DNA of 63,785 bases, counting the filler, from Choristocarpus tenellus KU-1152 (Eukaryota > Protista > Phaeophyceae): the NCBI GenBank assembly GCA_964200185.2. It is 14 parts of 14 records of this genome, joined end to end, with 100 filler letters (N's around TTAATTAATTAA, not from the genome) between each part and the next. Parts side by side here need not be neighbours in the genome. Positions count along the whole stretch, not along the records: positions 10,344 to 17,441 come from CAXNAD020006703.1; positions 17,542 to 22,188 come from CAXNAD020013647.1; positions 22,289 to 28,224 come from CAXNAD020009370.1; 11 more parts are not named here. One strand, 5' to 3'. Numbering within the stretch: position 1 is the first letter of the stretch; the number at the start of each line of letters is the position of its first letter. Of this stretch, positions 13,101-26,200 are shown piece by piece. A program made the position numbers and the translations under genes. The notes beneath the pieces were generated by a model. That model did not search any database and was not told the DNA's origin. It saw only the letters and a program-made list of their open reading frames with translations.

Positions 13101-13465
13101 TTTTCACTTTGTTGACGTGGGGATGCTGGATAGGGCTTAGATTTTCTCCTCTTGGCATCCCGTCGTAGAGGATCGGCCCAAGATACGGAGTAGTAATTTC
13201 ACGTTCTTATCGCATACCGAATACGAGTATTTATACTGCATTGTAGTATATCACCATTTATTCACAAATGTGATGTTGTGTACTTGTGATATATTTAGTA
13301 AAAGTGTGTGATATAGACCAGTAAATGTGATCATTTGTACGCCGAATCTACGAATCTGATAAGTGATTATGTATGTCTTGATGAACCAATTCTTGAGTGA
13401 CGTTTCAGGAGTTTTTAGCGGACAGTGTATGGGTTTATGGTGGAACCATCAAGTAATTAAAAATT
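13101..13465. promoter_or_regulatory. Probable bidirectional promoter between the kelch and ankyrin genes
   Basis: 365 bp between divergent predicted ATGs, AT-rich, no recognisable TE. Confidence 0.55.
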
Positions 13466-15531
13466 ATGTCCACACGTCCTAGTAACGTGAGGACTGGGAT
13501 TCCAGGAGGAATTGGAAAGGTTAAGAAGCACACGGTTGCTCGAGCAGTATCACGGACCCAGGATGTGGTCATCTCCAATGAACCTCCATCACCAACCGAA
13601 GACCGTTCCGTTGTCTTGGAGAGAGAGCTTGAGAGGGCCGCTAGGAGGGGAGATGCGAGGGGAAAGGAGGCCAAAGAACTAAGAAAACGAGTGCAAGAGC
13701 TCGAACCCGAGGTACAGAGGTTGGGGAGAGAAGTTATCAAACTACGTGAGGCAAAGCTTGCATCAAGATCTCCCCGCAAATGGAGTCCCAGATACAACCC
13801 CACCAGAAGAAACAGAACTAATCCTCAAGACGCTTGCACACCCAGAGACTGCGTGAAGGTGGATGAAAACCGCATGCACATCCTTGAAGCTCGGTGTCTG
13901 AAGCTAGAGCAGGAGAACAATGATCTCAAGGTAACCGCTACCTCTCAACTTGTCCAAGAAAAAGCGGATCTATTCGAGAGGCAGTTAGCTATTGCTGAGA
14001 GGAAGGTCCAGAATTCGTTATATATTAGAGAGGCACACGAGGGATTGGCTGCACAGGCTGTAGCCAGGGAGAGAGAGGCCGAGGCGCGAGCATCAGAGTA
14101 TGGGCGACGCCTTGATCGGGTTCTCGAGAAGCTAGAAGCTATTGAGCAAAGAGAATGCCTTGTCAATCTCGATGAGGCATGTAGGAAGGATGAGGATAAG
14201 GTCCACGCCACAGAGGGAGAGATTCGGGCATATTACCTTGATCCTGACCTAAACCTCCCCGTGAGTACGGCCCAGCGGCGAGGTCTAGCGCGGGCCGAGC
14301 AACGTCTCCTACGCTTGCGTTCACGTCTCTCGAGTGAGACAGAAAGATTGAGTCAATTGCGCAGTCAGGAAGCGCTCCATGAAGAACTACGTACAGCAGC
14401 GAGTTGTGGAGATATTGCTGCCACCCACAGGCTACTTGCAACTGGGGTTTCAGTCAATGTACCAGACAAATGTGGATTCTCAGCTTTCCTGTACAGCTGT
14501 GGACAGTCAAACGCTGAACTTGTTCGCTTGATGCTGGAAGCAGGGGGGGACGTACATGATGGAAACGGAAGTATTACAGCACTCATCATTGCTGCTAAGA
14601 AGGTGAGCAAGTCTCTTTTCCCTTTGCTCAATCTTTCGACAATTAAAGTTTAATATTGGTGGTTAAAGTGTGTGCTTTGGGTGTCCTCCTGAGTTCCACA
14701 TTTTTTAACCACCGTAATTCTCCGTGCATCAACAAGTTAACTCCCCAAGTTCATCCCAAAATAGTCCCTACCCAACCTAGATGATTGGAATGACACCATC
14801 CTACTGTGTGAATCTTTCATACTATGAAGGGCAACAAGGATGTAGTGGAGGCCCTCCTTGAAGGAGGAGCAGATGTAATCGGGCAAGACTCCGCCGGTGG
14901 GACAGCCCTTCATGCCGCAGCTGTGCATGGGCATGAGGACATTATTAGGTTACTATTGGAAGCCGGCGCAGATATCAATTGCGTCGATCAAGGTGGAAAC
15001 ACTACTCTCCATATGGTCGCCCGTGCCAAATCCCTCCAGGCAATAGAAGGGGGATCAGGGAGAGCTACAGTAATTGCCATGTTCCTCTTGGAGTGGGGAG
15101 CCTCAGCCAATATCAAGAACTCAGAGGATCTAACACCATTGTCCGCAGCCCTTGCAGCTCGAAACCAGAGTGTAGTTCTAGCATTCCAAAACTTCTATGG
15201 GGAAATGAACCCTGTCCAAGGGATGGGTAAAGGGACGATAGCACAACGGTCTGTGGAATTAGTATCAACCAAGTTACAAGGCACCCCTGTTGAAGCACAA
15301 ACCAATGAATTGCAGACAGAGCAGACGATAAGTGGCACATCGCCATTCGATACCAATATTGCTCCTGGCAAACACGAAGCCATGACTAATGCTGAGGCTG
15401 CACTGGTGAAGCCAGTAGACCTCTCTCCAGTAGCAGTGCCTGCTCCTCAAGCGAGAGCTGAGAATAATGTCCTCGATTCAAAGGCGAAGCAGCTAGAAAG
15501 TGAGGGTTCAGGCTCACAAGGACAAGGGTGA
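13466..15531 (+). CDS. Coiled-coil plus ankyrin-repeat protein. Exons 13466-14602 and 14830-15531; may continue
   Basis: AAG|GTGAGC and AAG|GGC splice rebuilds a full repeat ALIIAAKKGNKDVVEALLEGGADV; also GGTALHAAAVHGHEDIIRLLLEAGADIN, GNTTLH, LTPL. The end GG|GTGAGT is either a donor or the TGA stop. Confidence 0.9.
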
Positions 15532-15819
15532 GTGAAAATGGTACAATCGAAACACTTTGCAACACACGAGCAAGGGTAACCCTGTCTGTGTACAGGAGGT
15601 CGTAAGTGTTTTGTGCCAAGCAAGGCCCCTGCTCATTCTGTGCTACACGAAATGGATTTGAGCAGGCAGATACTTCTTGGGTTCTCATCTCTACCCAACA
15701 TGAACAAGCATGACATTGTCTACTGTCCATAGTTCATAACAACGCATGCATTAATAATGTCCATCCGTACCTCCACGAGTGTGTGTAAGGCCTCCATCTA
15801 TTATCAACAGTAGATATAT

Positions 15820-16620
15820 TGCCTACATCTCCGAGAATCAGCCTACCAAGCGTAGCTCCAATAACCAAAGAAACCTTCATATGGCACGTCGTTAATCACA
15901 CCGAGTGGTGAAGGCGGGCTCCTCTTCCGGGTCTGCCAGCTCACCGAACACGAGAAATTTCTTGTGTCACCACAGTGCGGATTGAGGTGTCACCTTTGCA
16001 AATTCTGTTCATTGGCAAGTCATAATCAGGGTTTCTCAAAATAGAAAAGCAAAGAGTAGAACCAGTAAAATGCATCACACACAAGCTGCACTGGATTCAG
16101 GATGGGTCAAGCAACCAACACACCCTTGATATTGTGCTTCTAGTGGGCCCAACTGCACTTAGATCATCCTGATAAGCTCACCAGAATCGGATGACACAAA
16201 GTCCCTTATCTCTTTACCCCATTTTAGACCTTGCTTCATTGATTGCAAGCAACTTGTCCAGCAGTACCCTCACTGGGGCAAAATGAAGGGTCCCTACCCA
16301 AGAGCCCATCATGTGGCCTGGGGTTTGTTGTTGAAGAGTCATATACATCAACAAACAGTGCTTCCTTTGTTGAGCATCAGTTCATGCATCAGGACGGATA
16401 GAACAAATAGGTCATTGGGAATGCACTTCTTACAGCTTCACAGCAAGCATTGCAGACAAAGTAACCTGAGCAAGATTTTGCTGAGACTTTAAGGTAACCT
16501 CGTCACGGCATTTTGCAAAACCCTGAGACAAGAAGAATGAAAATCTGACACCATCTTGTGCATTTATAGCCCACAAACACAAGCTGTGCAAACTGATGCC
16601 CAACAGAGGAATTACTCAGA
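15820..16620 (-). pseudogene. Highly decayed non-LTR (CRE/RLE-like) reverse transcriptase
   Basis: AYQDDLSAVG (YxDD, 16177-16163) preceded by GTLHFA and followed by LVIGATLG (cf. thumb VxGxPIG); many stops. Confidence 0.5.
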
Positions 16621-18249
16621 GGTAGAGAACAGCATTATGTCGGTCAATATGTGAGTCTTGTACCAGGGGACAAATGCCGGAGCTCTGCCTTTTGAGAGGG
16701 TGGGGAAAAGCGTATAGGGTCAAACTTGATTGAACTGGGAACACTTGGTTATGTTCTTACTCTAAACATTGACATCTTGGTACAGAGAAACCATATACAA
16801 GTGGTTTTTGTCTGAGGGAGGGTCGCACCTAGAAGAGCCCAGGCAAACAAAGCTCAAGCAACATTCATCTCTTCTGCAAATTATATAGTGGGTCGCAATT
16901 CCAAAAAACCTCTCCCCTGTACAAACAGCATCATTCCACACCCAACACCATGCCACACAAAAAGTCACCCTTTCAATAGACTGACCGATACCGTCCTGAC
17001 TCCACATCAAAGGGCTGTTCCTACAGACCAAAAAAGGAGCAGCAATTTTTTTTAATTTTTTTAAAGCAGGAACACAAAGCGTTGCCGTTATGAACGGTTT
17101 TAACATTTGCCGCCAAAGGTTGAAAAAGAAAATTCCCACCAGCGAGAACAATCCTCAACACAGTGTTGACAGTAAAACCTCAACTTGATATCTGGATAAA
17201 GACCGTTACATGTGGCATGGTTAAACACACCCGACAAATCCTACTCTGACAAGCCTTCCCAGTCCATAATGTGCAAATCCAAGCGTTATCCCTTGGCCTT
17301 CACTCCCTCCGCCTCTTCTTTGTTGAGGAGCCATCACCCAATCCCTCCACAGAAGCAGACTCACAAACAGGAAATGGACATGCACGTTGGACAGTGGGGG
17401 GGAAGGAGGGGAAGGGGGGGAGGGGGGGAGGGGGGAGGCCANNNNNNNNNNNNNNNNNNNNNNNNNNNNNNNNNNNNNNNNNNNNTTAATTAATTAANNN
17501 NNNNNNNNNNNNNNNNNNNNNNNNNNNNNNNNNNNNNNNNNGTATCATTTTGATAAACATAGAAGCCTCTGCACTTCAGTTAATACCTTGATAAGCTGCC
17601 CCCCCCCCCCCCACTTTCTATCTGCACATTAAGGAGCTGAATTGCGTTTGCTGTTGAAACTTTAATAATCCCCTAAGCTACTGAGAAGTCAATTTTGCAC
17701 CTAGTGCAACATTGAATCTACTCTAGTGTCTCCTGATGACTTTTGACCCTCCCCATCCCAACAGCCGGGCCTGGCAGGAGTGCCTGTGGCCATCTTGTAC
17801 AATAAAAGCGATCTACCTCATGCGCTGACAGATGAGAAGCTTCACAGTGTGGTGAGAGAGGAGAGGGGGATAGGACAGATACTTTCCCCTCCAATTTTGT
17901 GAAACCTTTGGTAAATATGTGGTGCAGAGGACTAACAAAGGAGATAGGGGCACGGTGGTCTTTGCATGCATGTGGAAGTTTGTGCGAAAGACCTCAGTTG
18001 TTGGAATAGACATACACGCGACACATAGTATTATTTATACATGTACATGAATGCAGGTCAAAGAAGGGAAGGAAGGCCTTGACTCTGTGCTCTACCTAGT
18101 ACATGTATCATCAACATGACAGAGGGAAGCTGAAATGCTTCCATAGATCCAGCGACAAGATGTGCATGTCGTTCATCGATTCAAGAAATGAAGGTACAGG
18201 CAGGGTAATGAATCAACTAACTTCTAGAGAAGGATGGCATACCATTCAG

Positions 18250-19800
18250 CTCGCGACTCTCATTTGTCCGTCCTCATGAACCCACTTCCTGACTCGTTGC
18301 CTTTCTTGCTTTCATCAAACACAAACAGGTGGATTGGATGCGATTTGAGGGGAAACGACCTATCCAGGCGTTTCGAACGTCGGTGCTGCAGGGTAGGGGT
18401 TTCCCAGAAGCCTTCCAATGGCTCAGTACTCACTTGTAACCCCCCAGGCCCAAGTCATTCAGTTGGGGTGTCAACAATTTATATTTGAGGAGACAGCAAT
18501 AATGGTCTCAGATCATCGCAGAGTCCACAGTGCCTTCCAGAACTTCGAGGGTGTTCTTTGGCAATGGCATCAAGCAAAACTTGTCTGTTGACAGCATTGC
18601 CTCTGCATGCGTGGTGCAGCTCAGCTGCTGTGCCAGCTAGGGCTGCTGGCCTCAACCCTCTTTTTATCAGTTGAACACATGTCATGTTAGTTAGTTCTCG
18701 TGTTGTCACGGTTGTGGTGGGTGCTTGGACAGGGCCATGTGTGCATGTAGTCGTGTGTGTTCGCTTGTACTAGGTAATCACTAAATGATACATCTGCAGG
18801 GGAAGGTCAGGAGACTTCCTTTGCACTTGGGCATATAATAGTCAAACTCAGTTTGCCCTTCCTGTGCATCATTATGGGATTGTCCTGCAAGCCAACTGTA
18901 GCGTTCAAAGCAAGACCCCCCGTCACAAATATGCCTGTGGTGGTGTCTTCTTGAAGGTGCCAAGTAGCACCATGTCCTCTACCTCCCTGAGCGGTGCCAC
19001 TACCAAACTTCAAGTCTCAAAAGGGTGCTGGGTGTCTCTGACATCTACCCCACCGTGCATACAACCAACACTCTTTGTACTAGATTGCTCACCACCAAAG
19101 GCGCATACTTTGTAGAGCATGCATAGCTCTTTCATGGATGGGTTGTGAATTCAAGTTCATGCACTTGCTCAACTGGGTATGAAGTGCATTGAATTGCTTT
19201 TGTGCATCAGAGCATAATTGTTAAACAAACTTGATTCTCTCTCTGATGGCATACAGTGCTTCCTTGGGAGTACACTGGGAATAGATTCGAATTGTACTTC
19301 CCTTTCTTGACTCCCTGCATGGGGTGGTGGGTGGTGGGAGAGAGGCCACGGGAAAGCGTTTTGGGTGGGGTTCTAGGCGTTCAATGAGGATGATTTGTCT
19401 TGCCCTTCGTGCAGGTTGTTGACCAGCAATGTGTTTTTCCATTGAGGTGTTGTCTCACCGTCTGGAGAAGTTGTTGCACATCCTGTTCCTCCAAACAAGC
19501 AATATGCAACACTTTTTCTGGGCATCTGGAGCAATACATTAAAGTGTTTCTTTTTGACCACATTAGGGACTGCAACTTAGTTAACAGGAATTGTCTAGAA
19601 GCGAGTGGATGAAAACAGTCTCCTGATCCCACCACCCCCCAGCAAGACAAAGAGGGGTTGGAGGTGGTCTGTTCTCAGCATTGCCTTTGAGATAGATACC
19701 AGTGTAGGAGGGGCACCATCTGCTTGAAGGATGTGAAATAAATGTTGAGCATGCATCCAATTCATGGGAGTCCAAAAAAGGATGGAGGATGTGAGTCAGT
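18250..19800 (-). pseudogene. Decayed coding relic, possibly a non-LTR retroelement
   Basis: Broken minus-strand ORFs; GNAVNRQVLLDAIAKEHP resembles the NAFNxVxR..L....P RT motif. Confidence 0.3.
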
Positions 19801-20672
19801 GGGAGTACTCAATGCACTTCTCTGAGGCCCATTCCTAACAACACGAGTTGATTTTGTCGTTAAAGCCATTTGTTTCCAAAATGGGCTGAATTTATGCCTT
19901 TTCATTCCTTACCACAACCACGGATCTAAATGGACCCAAGTCAATAACACTACGGCATCTATACTCAGATTTAAATGTAAAGAAAAGTAACCCTCCAACT
20001 CAAAAATGAATCATCAGTGGAACAATACAGTAGTGTAATCTGTTCTGAAAGTAGGGCAATGTCTCATTGCAGTGTCCCAGATTAGTGTATCATCTGGCAT
20101 AAGTGGTATGATAAGTGGCAAAACTGCTGCCTCTCAACAGGACTATGGAAAAGTTAATATTGACAATATTTATTGCAAACAATTGAACTGGTGTTTCTGT
20201 GCATGATATTTTGCATTCAGCTCATTTTGATCCTGAATGGACTATGTTCCTACAGGTAAGAACAGGCCTACTTTTGAAAATAATTAGTCGTGAAGGTATG
20301 TAGTACCCTATCATCTATCTGTATCATTATCTGATTTTTCGTTTATAAGCAAAAGAGTTTCACAGACACACGTGTTTGAGCCATGGAGTCCTTGAGGGGG
20401 ATCAATTTAGACCCCTGTGGTAATTAAAATATAGAGTTTATTAAATCTTCTGCTTGACACCCCCATTCCCGAGATGTAGCTATCCCTGAGATCAGGAGGC
20501 TGGGGCTGTAGGAGAGGAGATAAACAAACCTTGTCCATTTTTTAAGTGTGAAATCGCCCTCCAGATGCTAGGAGTATATGCATCAGAAGGAAGTCACAGA
20601 GGAATCTTATATTCAACACACCTCCTACTAGAATACAGTGGCTCTTTGTTCATGTGAGAAGGTGACAGATGT

Positions 20673-20856
20673 GGCTCAAAGTATGTGAGTGGGGGGGAGG
20701 TCTACACCAGGGTGTCCATTCGGACCCTGACCAGGAAAAGTGCGCTTACATTATCCATCCAACACCCGCAACCAAATCACCCAAAATCACAACATAAAAA
20801 AATGGGCCCCGAATGGACTGTCGCCACCTCCCTCCCCCCCCCAGATACTTTGGGCC
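20673..20856 (+). mobile_element. MITE family A, full length (flanks TGT/TCT)
   Basis: GGCTCAAAGTATGTG...CAGATACTTTGGGCC. Confidence 0.92.
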
Positions 20857-22288
20857 TCTGGTAACGATCAAGATTGCTGCAGCGCCTCCTACTTACTCCA
20901 TGCTGCAAATACACAAGAATCGCATGCACCTCCCAACATCATGATGCATGCATTCCAGAAATATAAAGGCACACAATCGATTCCTAGGATGGTGAGATCG
21001 CTTTCACGTAAATTGGTTCAATCAAAAATCACTACGAATAGTAACTATATGTGAAGCGCACCAGTCGATTATTGCCGAACTGGTGGTACAATACACGCAA
21101 TAAATTTGAATGCAGGAGGCGGAGAGGGGATACCTCAAAATTATACCTCTACACCATACTTGCACTCAGACACATTGAGTGCACAGGCAGTATTCAGTTT
21201 TTATTCAATTATTGTGTGTTTACTGCAGGAGGTTAGTTTTCAAGCATGCTCTTGTTCCATTTGCTTCCTATGTTGGAAGGGGGATTTAGGATTCACAGCT
21301 CAAGATCTGATAGAGGTTGGTTCAACAATTTCTCCAAGAAATGACTTCTTGTACACAAGGAAGAGACTAAACAACAAATACCAAGAGTGCTCCACTAGAG
21401 CCCAGATTCTTCAATGAGAAGAATCACACCACAAAGTGAAGCCTGACCAGACTTGAGAGCAGTGATACAGTCTATCTCTGGCCCCAAAATGAAGGTAGTG
21501 GCCCTGACATAGAACATGCACGAGAAGAGGGTACACATATCAACTGCCTTCACAGTGACATCAGACACCAGAGAACCAAAAAATCACAGCAAAACAGATT
21601 GATCAAAGCGGGATAAAAGTTTGGGCATCAATCTATTGCTTAACTTTCTTGCCCCTAAAAAATTGCCCCCCAGTTCATGGCAACAAAACATGGATAAATC
21701 TAGAACGTAAAGCACATCTTTTCCTGACCACTACCAAAGATGTTTTAGACACTATATCACGGAATTCTCAGCTTAGTCAGTCAGACATAAAAATTTTCAA
21801 TCAACCAGTGACGGTATCCCCTTATGTTGGGAACGGCAACCTCTTGGTTTAAGGGATTCTACTACTGCAGCAATGAATTAACTTAGGCATTTCTTCCTCC
21901 CAAACAAAAACTACTGTCCACAACCTGACATACTTCAAGTGTAGCATTCATTACGCGATCTGCCCTCCAGGTATAGAGCAACTATTTCACTGTATTGTCT
22001 CTCAATTGAAACCAAAATTGGCCAAATGCAATCTCAGTGGCATCTTTGGATCTCTCTATCCCCTGTTCAAGCGCACATAAACTGCGAGTTCATGTTCTTG
22101 ACCGTTGATAATGATGACTGCTGTGGTAGCCTTGGCTCCAGGTTATCTGCACCCCCTGTGCATGTGTGTAAGCATGTCCACCTCACTGNNNNNNNNNNNN
22201 NNNNNNNNNNNNNNNNNNNNNNNNNNNNNNNNTTAATTAATTAANNNNNNNNNNNNNNNNNNNNNNNNNNNNNNNNNNNNNNNNNNNN

Positions 22289-22344
22289 TATTGGATCTCG
22301 GCCCCCAAATGGACGCGGCTCTACCCTCTAAGATACTTTGGCTC
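22289..22344 (-). mobile_element. MITE family B end (contig start)
   Basis: CCCCAAATGGACGCGGCTCTACCCTCTAAGATACTTTGGCTC. Confidence 0.9.
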
Positions 22345-22937
22345 TCAAGGGGAACTGTGAGAACCCTAATACTCAATGTTTCGTTCAGTGGTGGATATGT
22401 TGTCACATTTCCAACATGTGCATCAACAAAGGAAGCACCAGCACAGGTTATCTAGTCCCAAGAGCAAACAGATACGTACCTAATCTAACAGCATCAAAAG
22501 CTGTTAGATAACAGAACGTAAAGACCGAAATCTACTCTGGAGAAAAAAACAACACATTTAGCCTAAAAAACCTGCATTATTGCAACAAGAGTTCCTCCTC
22601 CATCACCTACAATCTAACACACACCACTCAGCAATTGAAAGAGGAATACAAATGTTAGGGTTAAAGACTCCAACAGTCAGACATAGCACAATAACAGATA
22701 TAACTTGATGTATAGGACCAACAAGCTATTGTGATTAAATTGTGTTCCATCGAAGCCAAATATTGAGGGTTGATTTTCAACGTACTACTTCTCATGCGAA
22801 CGATTTTTTTTTTCTTCTAAGGCCTTGATTTGTGAGCTGTGTAATCGTTTCAATAATGCGTTTGAGTCCACTGTGATCTTTCGAGTCGATTTGACTCATG
22901 CTCGTAAGTGCTTTCGACGTACAACACTACAATAATT

Positions 22938-23203
22938 GGGACACAAGAGCATGTAACGGGACACAAGAGCATGTAACGGGACACAAGCATGTAACGGGAC
23001 ACAAGAGCATGTAACGGGACACAAGCATGTAACGGGACACAAGCATGTAACGGGACACAAGCATGTAACGGGACACGAGCATGTAACGGGACACGAGAGC
23101 ATGTAACGGGACACGAGAGCATGTAACGGGACACAAGCATGTAACGGGACACGAGAGCATGTAACGGGACACAAGCATGTAACGGGACACAAGAGCATGT
23201 AAC
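22938..23203. repeat. Minisatellite, 14 units of GGGACAC(A/G)AG(AG)CATGTAAC (seven 20-mers, seven 18-mers)
   Basis: Counted directly; 266 bp, head-to-tail, no spacers. Confidence 0.97.
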
Positions 23204-23210
23204 TTTCAAC

Positions 23211-26200
23211 CTGCACCGCTGCCGAAGGTTTCTTCATCCTGTGCAAACACCTCAAATTCTCCTCGGATGACCAAGCTGGAGCCATCACTAGCCTCCACAT
23301 CATTCCCCTTCCACCTCCCTTGCCCAGAAATCTCCAGGACCACCCCACTCCTCACAAAACATGCACTCGTTGCCCCCTGTAGACCCCAGTTAAGTTCAAG
23401 CAACCCATCTACGACCACCCGCCCCTGTCCACTGATCCCCCCTCCAGTCAACATCGACATGCTTCCCCCTGCTGCAATAGTCACAGAGGCACCACTGGTG
23501 ATATTTAAACCTCCAGCCAACCGTATTTCTCCACCGGTGGACACTTGGATCCCTCCCATGATAGAGACGTTGAAGCCTGGTGGGGCAGCAACAGAGGCTA
23601 TTGTTGAACACCCTGGAGTCCATGGTGGGGCATAGAGGAGGTCAACAGCATCCAGGGCATCCAAATCACCACCTGTAATGGATTCCAGAGCTTTCCATCC
23701 CCAATCACCACCATGATACCGATGGAATGTTACCACCAATTGTGAGGGGTATGGTAGGGTATGGTAGGGTATGGTAGGGTATGGTGTGAGTTGAGGAGGG
23801 ACCAGGAGGAGGAGACTGGATATAGGGGGTAAGGGGAATAGGGGGTAGTGGAGGGGAAAAATTCAGTCATATTCAGGAACAGGAGTGCTTTGACAAGGAT
23901 CAGTCAGAAGAGAGTTGTCTATTGATTTCAATTACTGCGTACATAGCAGTGAGTCAAAGTGTCTTAGAGGGTAGAGCCACGTCCGTTTGGGGGCCAAAAC
24001 CCAATGTTGCGATTTTGATGTAGTTTTGGCTATTGTGTTTGTCAGGAAGTGTCAATACCCTTGTTCCGAACGTACCTTTTCATGACATAAACATACATTT
24101 TACCTACTACGAAATCTTTCGGAGTAGAAAAATGTCACAAAAATACTGTGGAAGTCAAGTCCCAAAATGAACAAACTGGGCAAAACTCGTACCCTCTAAG
24201 ATACTGTCACTCAGTACTGCACAAAACAATGTATGCTTAGAGCTTTGGAACCAGCCCCTACTCCTTGAAAGGGAGATTGATCAGACCTTCAACTTTGCCC
24301 TCTTTTGTAGTCCTTGCATGCAAATTGATCGTTGCCACACATTAATAGGTTATTTTCAAATCAGAGCCGAACATCTTTGGCTGCAGTACAAGATACATGC
24401 CGAAGCTCATTTAGGAAACTCAGTATAGTGAGAAACTTGAATATTTCGACACGCAGAATTGAATACTACACAACAAAAATGCTATTTCAACAACAATAAC
24501 CTCACTAAGACCAATACTATTTCCTCTACAAGCTTTGTAATCTTCACCCTCTTGAGCCTCCTTTTCATCCCCCACAGCAGCCCCGAGGTCGGTTCTCAAT
24601 ACAAAAGACGTTTCTGACTCACATGTTCATCAAAATTATGTCAAAGGTTGACCCATATAATTGTATGATCTCTACCTATGGCAAGAACCAAGCAAGAACC
24701 TATCTCACCAAACAAGTACTTTGCTAATCCAATTGTAGGTACTTCACTAAAGACATTCCAACTCTAACCCTAGTACTACCCACTACAACTAACACTACCA
24801 TTGAAACTAAACCATGACCAAATATCTACAAATCCACTACTACTGAGAGCTTGAAGACCATTCCGAACCCAACAACCCCACATACCTGAAAACCAAAGTA
24901 TACCTCCACCCGTAACATTGACATCGCCCATATTCCCTTCCCAATGAGCACAGACTACTTTCGCTCCTCCAGAGACCTCCAATTTAACACCCATCACCGA
25001 GGTTAGCAGCATATATTCACCACCTCCTGAGAATGCAAGTACTCCTTTCCCAGTCCCAGTGCCCCCGCTGTTAGAATCCTCCTTCCTAACCGATGTCTCC
25101 CCCCCAGTGTGGAGTATTGTCATGGAAATTGATGTGGAAACTAGGCAAGCATCAGCATCAAACTCCGCAGCAGAGGTGTTTCTGGCTGATCCCACTGCAC
25201 CACATCCTAGAAGACGCGCTCCGCCTTCTCCAGGTGTGGCATGGGCCAAAGTGGTGGAGGACACAGGTCCAGTGACTTCATTGCAACCACAGGCCCCAGC
25301 TCCAGATCAGGAGAAGGTGAGGCTTGTGTGGGATGTGATAGCTCGAGTGCCATCGAAAACAATGCGATACCTGTTGGAGCAGAGTAGAAGAGACATAGCT
25401 TATGATTGACAAGAAGTACAGTAGGGTTTTGTAGAGAGTAATTTGTGATACTCTGAAGGTGTAGGAGAAGAGGTAAGGTGTGGGGGGGAGTTTGAGACTT
25501 GAGATTTAATATTTGACTCACTTCAAAGTAGGCATGATGGGGAGCATTGCAAGTTTATTCTTTTTTCTGCATCAGCTTATCAAAAAAGGCTATGTTCAAT
25601 GTTTATTCTTTGTTCGGTCCCATTTGGTTGAACATAGCCTATCAAAAATAAATGTTGAAGAATCTAAATCCAAATTTGATCCTCTTGTTGGGCACCATCA
25701 ATAATCACTTCAATTGCGACATGACAAAACCACAAATATATATATATATATATATTATTACCAAAGACCAAATCAGAGTGGGGAAGCACACTCCTTCAAA
25801 GACAAGGTCCTTGCAAGTATGAAATAAGGATCGGGTTAGTGTTAGTGTTAGGGCATAAACATTTAAGGTGGGTTAAGCTTGTTATTTTCCACCGATTTCC
25901 TCGCATAAACCTCTACAAAAGTCCAATTCAATCCATCCAGCTTTTCTAAACAATAGGAGATCAGTGGGCAAGTGGCTCAAACCCTAATGGGGAGGATGAC
26001 ACACACCACAATGAAACTCTTCTTAAGCACAGACTGTTGTAGACCGCACACTGCCAAAGACTACATGTCTCATGGACACATGTCTCATGGACACATACTT
26101 CAGGATGTTGTGAATCGCAAGGCAGAGTCTTATGCGCAGGTTGATTTCAAATAGATAGAGAGTGTCAAATAGATGAGTATGTTGTCCAATGTCAGTCAAG

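Noticed and set aside
13435-15383. Antisense ORFs over the ankyrin gene (and similar ones over the kelch, FPL and gag regions)
   Set aside because: Shadow ORFs of real coding sequence, with no motifs of their own.
20673-20856. Family A as a tRNA-derived SINE or RNA gene
   Set aside because: No A/B boxes, cloverleaf or tail; bounded by TIRs with short TSDs.
22938-23203. CRISPR array or Cys-rich repeat protein (CPVTC / VPLHAC ORFs)
   Set aside because: No unique spacers, no cas genes, eukaryotic context; the ORFs result from a stop-free repeat.
25307-25309. Selenocysteine codon (TGA before GACGC)
   Set aside because: The same gene appears to have an in-frame TAA and damaged splice sites, and no SECIS can be assessed; pseudogenisation is simpler.
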